From contig CALWEL010000005.1 in assembly GCA_944377305.1 (NCBI GenBank), forward strand, positions 5,149 through 69,148: a stretch of DNA of 64,000 bases, given 5' to 3'. Below, piece by piece: positions 38,053-47,141 of this stretch (its first letter is position 1; each line of letters starts with the position of its first letter). The stretch comes from an uncultured Clostridia bacterium (lineage in GTDB: Bacteria > Bacillota > Clostridia > Christensenellales > UBA1242). The notes beneath the pieces are model-generated. The model was not told the DNA's origin. It saw nothing but the letters and a program-made list of their open reading frames with translations, and did no database searches. The translations under genes were made by a program, and so were the position numbers.

Positions 38053-39564
38053 TTATAACAAACAAAGCACCATTAATGCAACTGTTGGCAAGGATAAGAT
38101 TACTTTTGTTCTTCTATTTGCCACACAGATCCTACTAATAAAAAGCAATAATAGCATATATAATAAAATTGCTATATAATCAAAAGAAATTGTCAAAAAG
38201 TTAGATATAGGCAAATTGCCTAATATAGTCGCAACAATATTTATAAAATCAAATACATAATTTATTGGATAAAGTACAATTGTCACGAATGGTAAGACCA
38301 ATGAAATAATTGAAACAATAAAAACTATGACAAACGCAAATGTAAATATTGGTATTAAAATTAAATTAGCTATCAAGGATATAGCATTAAATGTGTTGAA
38401 AAAATGAGCCATAATGAATACCAATGCAATCATAGTAGATGCACTGATTGATAAACTATCAACTAACCATTTAGGCAATTTACAATGATTCAATGCATTA
38501 GTAATAGGTTTATTCAATATTGCTATTCCGATTACGCAAGCAAAACTCATCAAAAACCCAGGATCAAAAGCAGATAATGGGTTTATCAGATATATTATAA
38601 TACCCGACAAAGCGATTGAAGACAATGTATCATATTCTCTAAAAAACATTGGTGCTAACAACATTACTATAGACATTATAGTAGCTCTAATGATTGATAC
38701 AGCAAAATTGCAAATATACATATAAAAGATCAATAAAATCGAAACTATTATAATTCTTGGCCAATTCTTTATCCTCAGTAAATCTAAAATTTTATATAAT
38801 ATACCTACTATTATCACGACGTGAAGTCCAGATACCGCCAACAAATGCATCACACCAGATAATTTGTAGGCACTATACTGACTATCAGACAAAAGATTTA
38901 TTTCGCCAAATAAAGACGAATAAGCAATCTCAACATTTTCGTTTGTTAAACTCCCTCTTAAATTATCTTTCACATAGCTTTTTAATTTTTCAGCAAAAGT
39001 TCTATCAGTTTCTAAATATTTTATAGCATCAGCACTGACGGTCGTACTGTATTTTAATCCTTTTAGATAATAACTTGCATTAGGTGTGCCATAATAAAAA
39101 AGATCTGTTTGATAAAAATTGCTTGGTGAGAAATTTATAACACTACCAATTTCAATATTTTCAAACAAATTTGAATTGTCATAAATATAAATTATCAAAT
39201 TTTCATTAATATCTACCCCATCAAATTCGCAACTATCAGCATACACTTTAATTTTTCCATTTTCAGGTACACTGACATTATATATTCTAGCTTGAATTGT
39301 ATCAGGAGTATCTATCTCTTTTTGAAAGGCTGAAATCACATTATAATACAAAATTGCACCTAGTATAAATGATAATAATGGAATTAAAATATATTTGATT
39401 TTCTTTTTCATTATCGTTAAAATTAATAAAAAACTAAATACAACGATCACAACAATGATCGTACAAATTCTATAATCAGACAAATAAAAGACAAAAACTG
39501 ATCCTAATAAAAGGAATACAAAAACTATACATAATGGTCGATAATTAAACCATCGTGACTTCAT
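38053..39564 (-). CDS. comEC: ComEC/Rec2 competence channel family protein (no C-terminal metallo-beta-lactamase domain)
   Basis: 503 aa polytopic protein; SGVMHLLAVSGLHV motif. Confidence 0.8.
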   Translation of the reverse strand: MKSRWFNYRPLCIVFVFLLLGSVFVFYLSDYRICTIIVVIVVFSFLLILTIMKKKIKYILIPLLSFILGAILYYNVISAFQKEIDTPDTIQARIYNVSVPENGKIKVYADSCEFDGVDINENLIIYIYDNSNLFENIEIGSVINFSPSNFYQTDLFYYGTPNASYYLKGLKYSTTVSADAIKYLETDRTFAEKLKSYVKDNLRGSLTNENVEIAYSSLFGEINLLSDSQYSAYKLSGVMHLLAVSGLHVVIIVGILYKILDLLRIKNWPRIIIVSILLIFYMYICNFAVSIIRATIMSIVMLLAPMFFREYDTLSSIALSGIIIYLINPLSAFDPGFLMSFACVIGIAILNKPITNALNHCKLPKWLVDSLSISASTMIALVFIMAHFFNTFNAISLIANLILIPIFTFAFVIVFIVSIISLVLPFVTIVLYPINYVFDFINIVATILGNLPISNFLTISFDYIAILLYMLLLLFISRICVANRRTKVILSLPTVALMVLCLL

Positions 39565-39610
39565 TTATTAAATTATAACATAAAATTTTCAATAAATTAA
39601 GCAAATACAC

Positions 39611-39639
39611 TTGAAAATATTAATTTTTTATGTTAAAAT
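39611..39639 (+). promoter_or_regulatory. promoter TTGAAA-17-TAAAAT for tRNA-Glu
   Basis: hexamers read directly, 12 nt upstream of tRNA. Confidence 0.6.
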
Positions 39640-39650
39640 AAAAAAGTAAT

Positions 39651-39725
39651 GGTCCTATAGTCTAGAGGTTAGGACGTGGCCCTCTCACGGCTAAGACTGG
39701 GGTTCGATTCCCCATAGGACTACCA
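39651..39725 (+). tRNA. trnE: tRNA-Glu (anticodon CTC), CCA end encoded
   Basis: cloverleaf folded by eye: acceptor GGTCCTA/TAGGACT (G1-U72), anticodon loop CTCTCAC, T-arm TGGGG TTCGATT CCCCA. Confidence 0.8.
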
Positions 39726-39864
39726 TAATATACTATATATTGTGTTACTAAAAGACACACACAGCTCTATATTGTATAGATTTAAGAGTATTTTTTTATT
39801 TTTTGCAAAAAGCAAGTAAAATTTCAATATATCATTTTTATCTCAGCAGTATCAAAATAATGTC

Positions 39865-39893
39865 TTGGACTCTGTAAATAGGAATGCTATAAT
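39865..39893 (+). promoter_or_regulatory. orphan strong promoter TTGGAC-17-TGcTATAAT
   Basis: near-consensus -35 and extended -10; no ORF downstream. Confidence 0.6.
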
Positions 39894-39899
39894 ATATTT

Positions 39900-39990
39900 T
39901 TGTTTAATTTTATATAATTTAATTAAGTACAAGAATAAAAATCCACGGGTAAACCTCAACTGAACCCCCAGACTATCTGGGGGTTTTCGT
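39900..39990 (+). ncRNA. candidate small RNA (about 90 nt) defined by promoter and terminator
   Basis: promoter 39865..39893; terminator AACCCCCAG-ACTAT-CTGGGGGTT + TT at 39963..39990; no start codon/RBS in between. Confidence 0.35.
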
Positions 39991-39994
39991 ATAC

Positions 39995-40031
39995 AAAAAA
40001 AATCTCACGCAATGTGAGATTTTAATTTTTT
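39995..40031. terminator. bidirectional terminator (A8-hairpin-T-rich) ending rpsO-like gene and any plus-strand readthrough
   Basis: stem ATCTCAC / GTGAGAT, loop GCAAT, A8 upstream and TTTAATTTTTT downstream. Confidence 0.75.
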
Positions 40032-40034
40032 AAA

Positions 40035-40295
40035 TTAACCACGAATTCAAAGTTGTGATTTGATTTTACGTGCACGTTTAATGTCAACTTTTGTTAAATA
40101 ATTTAAAAGTTTTTTACGTGTTGCAACCATTTTGTTAAGTCCACGAGTTGAGTGAAAGTCTTGTTTGTTATTCTTTAAGTGTTCGGTTAAGTTTGAATTT
40201 TTAGCAGTTAAAAGCTCGATTTGAACTTCGATTGAACCAGTGTCTTGCTCATTTTTGCGTAAGCCTTAACAATTTCAGCCTTATTTATTTTCTAT
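40035..40295 (-). pseudogene. rpsO: 30S ribosomal protein S15 gene with three lesions (no start codon, -1 frameshift in A-run, in-frame TGA 4 codons before the end)
   Basis: My own translation of the minus strand. Frame A gives [13 protein letters not shown]. After GCAAAAATG, frame B gives [81 protein letters not shown] sits where ATG is expected, after the RBS AAGGAGAG. Confidence 0.65.
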
Positions 40296-40403
40296 AACTC
40301 TCTCCTTTTATAGATTTGCCATAAACCTTGTGTGCGTCAAGAGCCTTCGTAACACAACGTTTAGGTACTTCGTTATTTTATACAAACAAAACCATTGTGT
40401 CAA
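40296..40403 (-). promoter_or_regulatory. rpsO promoter (TTGACA-17-TAAAAT) and structured 5' leader
   Basis: -35 40398..40403, -10 40375..40380; leader helix 40323..40333 / 40352..40362 (10/11 complementary). Confidence 0.55.
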
Positions 40404-40443
40404 TACTTTTTCAAATTTTTTATAACTAATGAGAACGTTTATT

Positions 40444-40649
40444 TTATTCATTTTCTAATCCAATTAAATAATCAGCGGACACATTAAAAAGTTTTGCTAT
40501 ATTGTATAAATAGGCAAATTTGGTAACATAACACCATTTTCCCACCTAGAAATTGTTGGATTATTAACATCTAACAATTTTCCTAATTCAACAATAGATA
40601 ATTTTCTTTCAATTCTTAATTCTTTAAGGCGTTTACAAAATACTTTCAT
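40444..40649 (-). pseudogene. XRE-family HTH regulator with a -1 frameshift
   Basis: Frame 1 gives MKVFCKRLKELRIERKLSIVELGKLLDVNNPTISRWENGVMLPNLPIYTI-stop. The continuation FAYLYNIAKLFNVSADYLIGLENE-stop is in the -1 frame; the shift maps to CCAAATTT. Confidence 0.6.
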
Positions 40650-40669
40650 TTTATAATGTACCCTTTTTA

Positions 40670-42502
40670 TTAGATATTTTCAGCAATGAATAATGCTTTG
40701 AAGATTTTGTTGCGTTTGCATAATTCCTTAAATGTGCCTGTGTCTACTATTTTGCCGTTTTCAAGATAGAATATTTTGTCGGCATTTTTGATTGTGGTGA
40801 GCCTATGCGCAACAATAATAACGGTTGCTTTACCTTTAATATTATCTATGCTTTCTTTGATTATGTTTTGTGCAAAATTGTCTAGCGAAGATGTGCTTTC
40901 GTCGAATATAATTATTGAAGATTCTTTCAACATTGTTCGCGCGATTGCAAGGCGTTGTTTTTGTCCTCCAGAAAGTTTAATTCCACCTTCACCGACGTGA
41001 GTGTCGAGCTTTTCTGGAAGGGTGGAGATAAATTCATCCAAAGCACTTTCCTTAATAACGTTGTTGATTTCTTCTTCTGTTGCGTCTGGCTTTGCAAGGA
41101 GTAAATTTTCTTTAATAGTCATATCAAAAATGTACGGGCTTTGATTTACAAGTGAGATTGAACGGCGAACAGTATCCTTATCAAGTGAATTTATGTTAAC
41201 TCCATCGATAAGCACTCTACCTTTATCAACTGTGTAAATTTTTGCAATAAGGTTTGCAATTGTTGTTTTTCCACAACCTGATTTTCCAACTAGTGCAACC
41301 GTGGTGTTAGGCTCTATCACAAAATTAAGGTTTTTAAACACTTGATTTTTACCTATCACTTCACGCGTTGCAACGCGCTCTTTAATTTTATGCTTTTTAT
41401 TAAATTTTTCTTTCTTTAACTGCTCTTCAATTGGAATTTCTTTGTACGTAATATAGGAAAAGTCCACGTTTTTAAATTCAATTTTTCCTTTAACATTTTT
41501 AAGATGACGCGTGCCAAAACTCTCCAATTCATAGTCCACATTTTCATAAAGTTCTTTTATTCTTTTAAGCGAAATATTAATATCTGTAACATTATCCATA
41601 ATAAAAGAAAGATAATATGCCAAATTAATTGATCTTCCTTGATTTGAATAGAAGAAAATAAATGATGACATAGCAAGAAGACCTTTATCAACAAAAATAA
41701 TACCCATAAATAAACTTGCATACATAAACAAACGAGCAAACAAAATTCGCATAGAGTTTAGTAAATTTCTTTTGCGATTTGAATTTATATATTTTTTATT
41801 ATATTCATCATAATTTTTTTTGAATTTCTTTTTAATAGATGATTCCATATAAAGCGATTTAACATCTCTTTCGCCTTTTATAGATTCAGTTATAATAGAG
41901 TTATTCATTTCTTGAATATTATTTAAAATTTTCATATCACGCTCGCGCAATCTTTTTCTTAAAATGATAAATATAAGCGATGATGCAACTATTGCAATAG
42001 TAAATAGACCTATAAACATATTTAAAAAACTAATGTAAATCACCACTATCAAGACTTGTATAAAAGAACCAATATTATACGTAATATCAATCATACAACT
42101 AATAATTCTGCTGGGGTCGTTTAAAATACGCATAGTAAAACTACCTAAATTATGGTCAGAAAATGCCTTACTTGATAATTCAAAGCACTTGCTTGCAAGA
42201 TCTACTTTAATTACACTAGATATTTTACTAGATAAAATTTCAGTAATGTTTCCAGATAATAAATTAATGATAATAGAAGTAAGTGCAAAAGCAACAACAA
42301 TTATCAGTTTTTTCAAAGCATTTTTAAACTCTCTTTCTGTAACTAACGCCAAAAAGTCTGCGCTTAAAATAGTTGAAATTGTAGTAAAAACTATGTCTAA
42401 AACTAGTAAAATTAGAAAACAAAATATTAAAAATCTATGCGGTTTAAAATATCCCCATAAATTAAACTGTTTATTGTTATTTAATTCAAGATTATTTTTC
42501 AT
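40670..42502 (-). CDS. ABC exporter, fused TMD-NBD (type B, MsbA/bacteriocin-exporter-like, no C39 peptidase domain)
   Basis: 610 aa; 6 TM N-terminal half; Walker A GKSGCGKTT, signature LSGGQKQRL, Walker B IIIFDEST. Confidence 0.85.
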   Translation of the reverse strand: MKNNLELNNNKQFNLWGYFKPHRFLIFCFLILLVLDIVFTTISTILSADFLALVTEREFKNALKKLIIVVAFALTSIIINLLSGNITEILSSKISSVIKVDLASKCFELSSKAFSDHNLGSFTMRILNDPSRIISCMIDITYNIGSFIQVLIVVIYISFLNMFIGLFTIAIVASSLIFIILRKRLRERDMKILNNIQEMNNSIITESIKGERDVKSLYMESSIKKKFKKNYDEYNKKYINSNRKRNLLNSMRILFARLFMYASLFMGIIFVDKGLLAMSSFIFFYSNQGRSINLAYYLSFIMDNVTDINISLKRIKELYENVDYELESFGTRHLKNVKGKIEFKNVDFSYITYKEIPIEEQLKKEKFNKKHKIKERVATREVIGKNQVFKNLNFVIEPNTTVALVGKSGCGKTTIANLIAKIYTVDKGRVLIDGVNINSLDKDTVRRSISLVNQSPYIFDMTIKENLLLAKPDATEEEINNVIKESALDEFISTLPEKLDTHVGEGGIKLSGGQKQRLAIARTMLKESSIIIFDESTSSLDNFAQNIIKESIDNIKGKATVIIVAHRLTTIKNADKIFYLENGKIVDTGTFKELCKRNKIFKALFIAENI

Positions 42503-42508
42503 TTAGTA

Positions 42509-42537
42509 ACTTTATCACGTATTTAAAGTTGTGTCAA
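42509..42537 (-). promoter_or_regulatory. promoter TTGACA-17-TGaTAAAGT, 6 nt before ATG 42502 (leaderless arrangement)
   Basis: read on minus strand; no SD. Confidence 0.5.
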
Positions 42538-42610
42538 GCGTGAATAGTGTATTATCTGTAATAAATGTTTAAAAGTTTAATAATCTTTTTTATTAGCATT
42601 GCAATAACAA

Positions 42611-42640
42611 AAAACGGACTAGAATAATATGTCCGTTTTA
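42611..42640 (-). terminator. intrinsic terminator overlapping stop codon of gene 42619..43332
   Basis: stem GTCCGTT/AACGGAC, then T6 on minus strand. Confidence 0.7.
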
Positions 42641-43332
42641 TTTTGAACCTGTGTCACAGGATTAATATATTTTAATATATCAGGATGACGCTTGACTATT
42701 TCATAATATTTATGTTTTTTAATCAATCCATCTATGGTTAAATATAAACCGATTCCTAAAATCAAAATACCAACAATCACACCAATTATTCCGTTAAATA
42801 CTGCGATATTTTCACTAGTAGAAGCTACGGATAATAAAGCAATCTGAGTCAAAACAATATTATTAAATGCTGTAGCAAAATTCGTAAATTTATACTCTTT
42901 AATCAGCATAGATTTGCCCTTTGCTCTCACTATTCCAACTATTGACATAGCTATACTATATGTAGCAAATGCAGCTATTGCTATAGCAATTATTAAATTG
43001 TATTGGAAATTTGACGGATAATAAATTTGAAATATTGTATATATAATATAAAATATACTCGAAACTGATAAGACTACTCCACCTCGAATATAAGAATGAA
43101 TATCCTTTTTATTATCCTTATTTTTCAAAAGACCGCGTGAACAATTATCTTTGACATATCCTATAAATAAACTATATATAGCAATAGCAATAAGAAACCA
43201 GGATCTAAATACTATTCCAACAATTACTTTAAACAAAAAGTAAAACAAGTTTTTAAAAAACGCTAACTTGCCGTAAACTATAATTTTTTTTGATTCTGGA
43301 ATCTCTCTAAATTTTTGTATCAAATTTTTCAT
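42619..43332 (-). CDS. hypothetical polytopic membrane protein (about 6 TM)
   Basis: 237-aa ORF, hydrophobic segments; no family recognised. Confidence 0.6.
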   Translation of the reverse strand: MKNLIQKFREIPESKKIIVYGKLAFFKNLFYFLFKVIVGIVFRSWFLIAIAIYSLFIGYVKDNCSRGLLKNKDNKKDIHSYIRGGVVLSVSSIFYIIYTIFQIYYPSNFQYNLIIAIAIAAFATYSIAMSIVGIVRAKGKSMLIKEYKFTNFATAFNNIVLTQIALLSVASTSENIAVFNGIIGVIVGILILGIGLYLTIDGLIKKHKYYEIVKRHPDILKYINPVTQVQNKTDILF

Positions 43333-43486
43333 AAGTCTGCATATTATAACATATTATACTCAAAAATACAATAGATTTTTATTTTTTCTATCTATTTATT
43401 AATATATATGCTGAAAGTTATTTAATTATCTTAATTATCCCAAAAAATTTCAAATTTTTGATAAAACAATATATGATATTATTATT

Positions 43487-44911
43487 TTAATATTGTTTGC
43501 CAAAATAAATGCGGTACTTGCTTGATTTGTCACAATATATACACTTATGAGCTTCATTATATGAATGAATTACACGTGTTTTAATTGTTGTCTTTTGCTT
43601 GATAGCTTCCTCGCATTCATTATTGCCACAATGATATGAAAGAACTACCTTTCCATCATTTACTGCTTTGACTAATTCATCAAAATCATCAGTTTCAACT
43701 ATCGCAGTTTTCAAATTTTCCTCTGCTTGCTTTAACATATTATCCTGTATAATATGCATCAAATCGTTTAATTCACTAACCACATTATCCAAGTTTATTT
43801 GCACTTTTTCATGTGTATCACGTCTGACTGCTGTCAATACGTTATTTTCAATATCTCTTGGACCTATTTCTAGACGTACTGGCACGCCTTTCATCTCATA
43901 TTCATTGAACTTCCAACCTGGTGTATTATCACTATTATCGAATTTCACTCTAATTTCTGCTTTGTTTAATTTATTATAGACTTCTTGGCATTTTTCATTG
44001 ACTCCTGGTTTATGATTTGCAATAGGCACAATCACTGCTTGAATAGGTGCAATATTTGGAGGCATACGAAGCCCACGTTCATCGCCGTGTACCATAACGA
44101 GTGCACCAATTAATCGAGTGCTAACTCCCCAACTAGTTGAATAACCATATTCTAAATCACCATTTTTATTTAAAAATCTAATGTTACTTGCTTTAGCGAA
44201 ATTCTGACCCAGATTATGAGTCGTGCCAGCCTGTAAACATTTGCCATCTTTCATAACAGCTTCCAAACTATATGTTTCTACAGCCCCTGCAAATTTTTCT
44301 TTTTCTGTTTTTCTGCCAGTAAGCGTTGGAATTGCCATAAGATTCCTTAAACAATCAGAATAAACTTTTAACATTTCTTGAGCATCTTTTTTAGCATCTT
44401 CATTACTAGCTTGAACAGTATGACCTTCTTGCCATAGAAATTCACTTGTTCGCAAAAATGGGCGAGTTGTTTTTTCCCATCGCATCACATTACACCACTG
44501 ATTCATTACCATCGGTAAATCTCTATATGATTTTATCCATTTGGCATACATTTCGCAAATTATCGTTTCACTAGTAGGACGAATAATCAATTTTTCACTT
44601 AGTTCCTCTCCTCCAGCGTAAGTTACAACTGCGACTTCTGGAGCGAATCCCTCTACGTGTTCACTTTCTTTTTTTAAATAACTTTCTGGTATTAAAAGCG
44701 GAAAATATGCATTTTGTACGCCACGCTTTTTGAATTCTTTATCTAAATAATGTTGAATATTTTCCCAAACCGCATATCCATAAGGTTTAATAACCATAGT
44801 ACCTTTCACTGGACCATAGTCGACCATATCGGTTTTCAAAATCACATCAGTGTACCACTGAGCAAAATCCGTCTTAATGTCTGCCAACTCATTTACAAAT
44901 TGTTTATTCAT
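43487..44911 (-). CDS. proS: proline--tRNA ligase (short archaeal/eukaryote-like type without INS editing domain)
   Basis: Start moved to MNKQFVNELADIKTDFAQWY (RBS GGAGAGGA); class II motifs; C-terminal zinc-binding domain; start overlaps xseB stop by 8 nt. Confidence 0.9.
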   Translation of the reverse strand: MNKQFVNELADIKTDFAQWYTDVILKTDMVDYGPVKGTMVIKPYGYAVWENIQHYLDKEFKKRGVQNAYFPLLIPESYLKKESEHVEGFAPEVAVVTYAGGEELSEKLIIRPTSETIICEMYAKWIKSYRDLPMVMNQWCNVMRWEKTTRPFLRTSEFLWQEGHTVQASNEDAKKDAQEMLKVYSDCLRNLMAIPTLTGRKTEKEKFAGAVETYSLEAVMKDGKCLQAGTTHNLGQNFAKASNIRFLNKNGDLEYGYSTSWGVSTRLIGALVMVHGDERGLRMPPNIAPIQAVIVPIANHKPGVNEKCQEVYNKLNKAEIRVKFDNSDNTPGWKFNEYEMKGVPVRLEIGPRDIENNVLTAVRRDTHEKVQINLDNVVSELNDLMHIIQDNMLKQAEENLKTAIVETDDFDELVKAVNDGKVVLSYHCGNNECEEAIKQKTTIKTRVIHSYNEAHKCIYCDKSSKYRIYFGKQY

Positions 44912-45101
44912 CCTCTCCACCTTTTTTATCAAATTCTTTCTTAATCATTATAATCTTTCCTTTTGCTTTTTCCAAATCTTTTAAGCAAGTTTTTGCCAAC
45001 TTGCAACCTTCTTCATATAATTTCAAACTCTCATCGAGATTCGCCCCATTTTCCAATTTCTTAGCAATTTCTTCTAATCTTTTAATATTTTGTTCAATCA
45101 T
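44904..45101 (-). CDS. xseB: exodeoxyribonuclease VII small subunit
   Basis: 65 aa; LEEIAKKLENG...LDESLKLYEEG typical XseB. Confidence 0.9.
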   Translation of the reverse strand: MIEQNIKRLEEIAKKLENGANLDESLKLYEEGCKLAKTCLKDLEKAKGKIIMIKKEFDKKGGEDE

Positions 45102-46270
45102 AATTTCTCCTTTTTCGTAACCAAAGCTTCCAGTTTCATATCGCTTGTTCGTATATTTAACTCATCCCCGACTTTAATATCCTTTGAATTTAAAACTTGA
45201 CCATCTTTCATTATATGAGCATATCCTGATTTTAATAGCTTTGTGGGATTTAATTTATCTAGTGTATTCAATAAAATATTTACACGATATATTGTATTAT
45301 CTATATTTCTATCTAAATAATGCTCAATATTTTGTAATTTGTCTGAGATATATAATATTTCATCATTAACACTCTCATTAAGTTTGTGCTCAATATTTAA
45401 GATATTATATTGGATACTTGCATCAATATCAATTATTTTATTATTTAATATTGAAAATATATTTGATTGCAAATCCTTAATATGTCGAATTATATCTGAA
45501 TTATCAAAAGTAATTAATTCAGCCGCAGCACTGGGAGTCGGCGCTCGCAAATCTGAGACGAAATCTAAAATTGTGAAGTCAGTTTCGTGTCCGACTGCAC
45601 TGATTAATGGTTTGTTACAAATGTATGCGATGCGTGCCAATTCTTCATCATTAAAAGGCATCAAATCTTCTATGCTTCCCCCTCCTCTTGCAACGACAAT
45701 TACATCGACATCCGAATAGTTATCAAAATATGTGATCCCCTCTATCACTTGTTGAACTGCAAAATTTCCTTGAACTTGTGCATCGTATACATATATATTA
45801 ATATTGGGATTCCTTCTAAAAGCTATATTTTTGATATCTTGCAATACTGCGCCTGTCTTTGATGTGACTACACCAACTGAATTAACAAATTTAGGAATCG
45901 GAATTTTGTGATCTTCGTCAAATAATCCTTCATCTTGCAATTTTTGTTTCATCTTCAAAAATTGTTGATACAATTCTCCCTGTCCACACTTTTCTATCGA
46001 CAAAGCGGTAAAAGTCAATTTGCCACCTTTGGGATAATACTTTACATTTCCACGACATTGAACATTATCTCCTATTTGGAATTCTGTATGTGCTTGAAAC
46101 TGGATACAATTTAATAGATTGTCATTATCTTTTAATGTAAAATAAGCTATATTTCTACTAATAGAAAAAGAAGACAATTCCCCAGTTATCAAAATGTCTT
46201 CCAATATAACCTCATTGTCAATTAAATTTTTTATGATTCTATTAATTTGAGAGACTGTATACACTTTCAT
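45098..46270 (-). CDS. xseA: exodeoxyribonuclease VII large subunit
   Basis: 390 aa; N-terminal OB, VGVVTS..GA, ARGGGS motifs. Confidence 0.9.
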   Translation of the reverse strand: MKVYTVSQINRIIKNLIDNEVILEDILITGELSSFSISRNIAYFTLKDNDNLLNCIQFQAHTEFQIGDNVQCRGNVKYYPKGGKLTFTALSIEKCGQGELYQQFLKMKQKLQDEGLFDEDHKIPIPKFVNSVGVVTSKTGAVLQDIKNIAFRRNPNINIYVYDAQVQGNFAVQQVIEGITYFDNYSDVDVIVVARGGGSIEDLMPFNDEELARIAYICNKPLISAVGHETDFTILDFVSDLRAPTPSAAAELITFDNSDIIRHIKDLQSNIFSILNNKIIDIDASIQYNILNIEHKLNESVNDEILYISDKLQNIEHYLDRNIDNTIYRVNILLNTLDKLNPTKLLKSGYAHIMKDGQVLNSKDIKVGDELNIRTSDMKLEALVTKKEKL

Positions 46271-46330
46271 AAATTCATTATACTAATTTTGTTTTAATTT
46301 TTTTATTTTAATTAGCATTTAATTATAATT

Positions 46331-46702
46331 CTATTTGACTATGTCTGCTAATATGCCATTTACAAATTTTGGACTTTTGTCAGTAGAATATTTTTTTGCC
46401 AACTCAATCGCTTCATTAATAATTACCTCTTTAGGATTTTCTTTGACATATTTCAATTCAATTACTGCCAAAATTAATATAGCCAAATCAATCTTATTAA
46501 TCCGATCTATTGTATACCTCTTTAATTTTGAAGACAAAAAATCATTAATTTCCTGATAGTGTGAGGCAAAATTGTGTAAAATTTTACTAGTAAATTCCAA
46601 ACCATTTTGGTCAGCATCTGCAAAAATTTCTTCCTCTGAAGGATTGAAAAATTTTGAATATATAGTTTTAAAAGCAAGCTCTCTCATTTCTGTTCTTTTC
46701 AT
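46331..46702 (-). CDS. nusB: transcription antitermination factor NusB
   Basis: 123 aa; R.E.RE.AF...Y start and C-terminal KFVNGIL motif. Confidence 0.85.
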   Translation of the reverse strand: MKRTEMRELAFKTIYSKFFNPSEEEIFADADQNGLEFTSKILHNFASHYQEINDFLSSKLKRYTIDRINKIDLAILILAVIELKYVKENPKEVIINEAIELAKKYSTDKSPKFVNGILADIVK

Positions 46703-46736
46703 ACGTCAAAACTCCAAAATGCAAAAACTCTCTTTA

Positions 46737-47093
46737 TCAGAGAGAATCTTTTTTTTCTGCGTCCATTATGTGAACGTTGATTGCTTTTATTTTAATTGGC
46801 AAAAGTGAAGTAATACTATTTTTTACATTCTGTTGAATCTTATATACAACATCATTCACTTCGCAACCCGTATCAACAGTAACATAAATATCAATTAAAA
46901 TTCCTAACTTAGTATATTTGATACGTACACCCTTACCCACATTTCGATTGAATAATCTCTTGATGGAAAGTTTTGTAGGTTGATATACATCTATCACACC
47001 CGTTATCTCTTTTGTTGCTAAGCTCACGATCGAGACTACCATATTTTTGTTGATATATGTATCTGCATCATTAACTTTTTTTATCTGTGCCAT
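46737..47093 (-). CDS. Asp23/Gls24 family (alkaline shock protein, YqhY-like)
   Basis: 118 aa; position between spoIIIA operon and nusB as yqhY in Bacillus; V.V.V...G..I....V.....V. Confidence 0.75.
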   Translation of the reverse strand: MAQIKKVNDADTYINKNMVVSIVSLATKEITGVIDVYQPTKLSIKRLFNRNVGKGVRIKYTKLGILIDIYVTVDTGCEVNDVVYKIQQNVKNSITSLLPIKIKAINVHIMDAEKKDSL

Positions 47094-47141
47094 ATAATTA
47101 ACCTCTTAGTATATTATATCACATAGAATTATTTTTAGCAA

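Noticed and set aside
40047-40049. The in-frame TGA at the conserved Gly position of S15 could suggest TGA recoding (code 25 Gly or code 4 Trp) or foreign origin from a recoded lineage.
   Set aside because: Many intact genes in the window end at TGA (e.g. spoIIIAE at 48551..48553 and the lipoprotein at 2027..2029), and no other gene needs TGA readthrough. The same gene also has two other lesions, so a simple nonsense change or an error is more likely.
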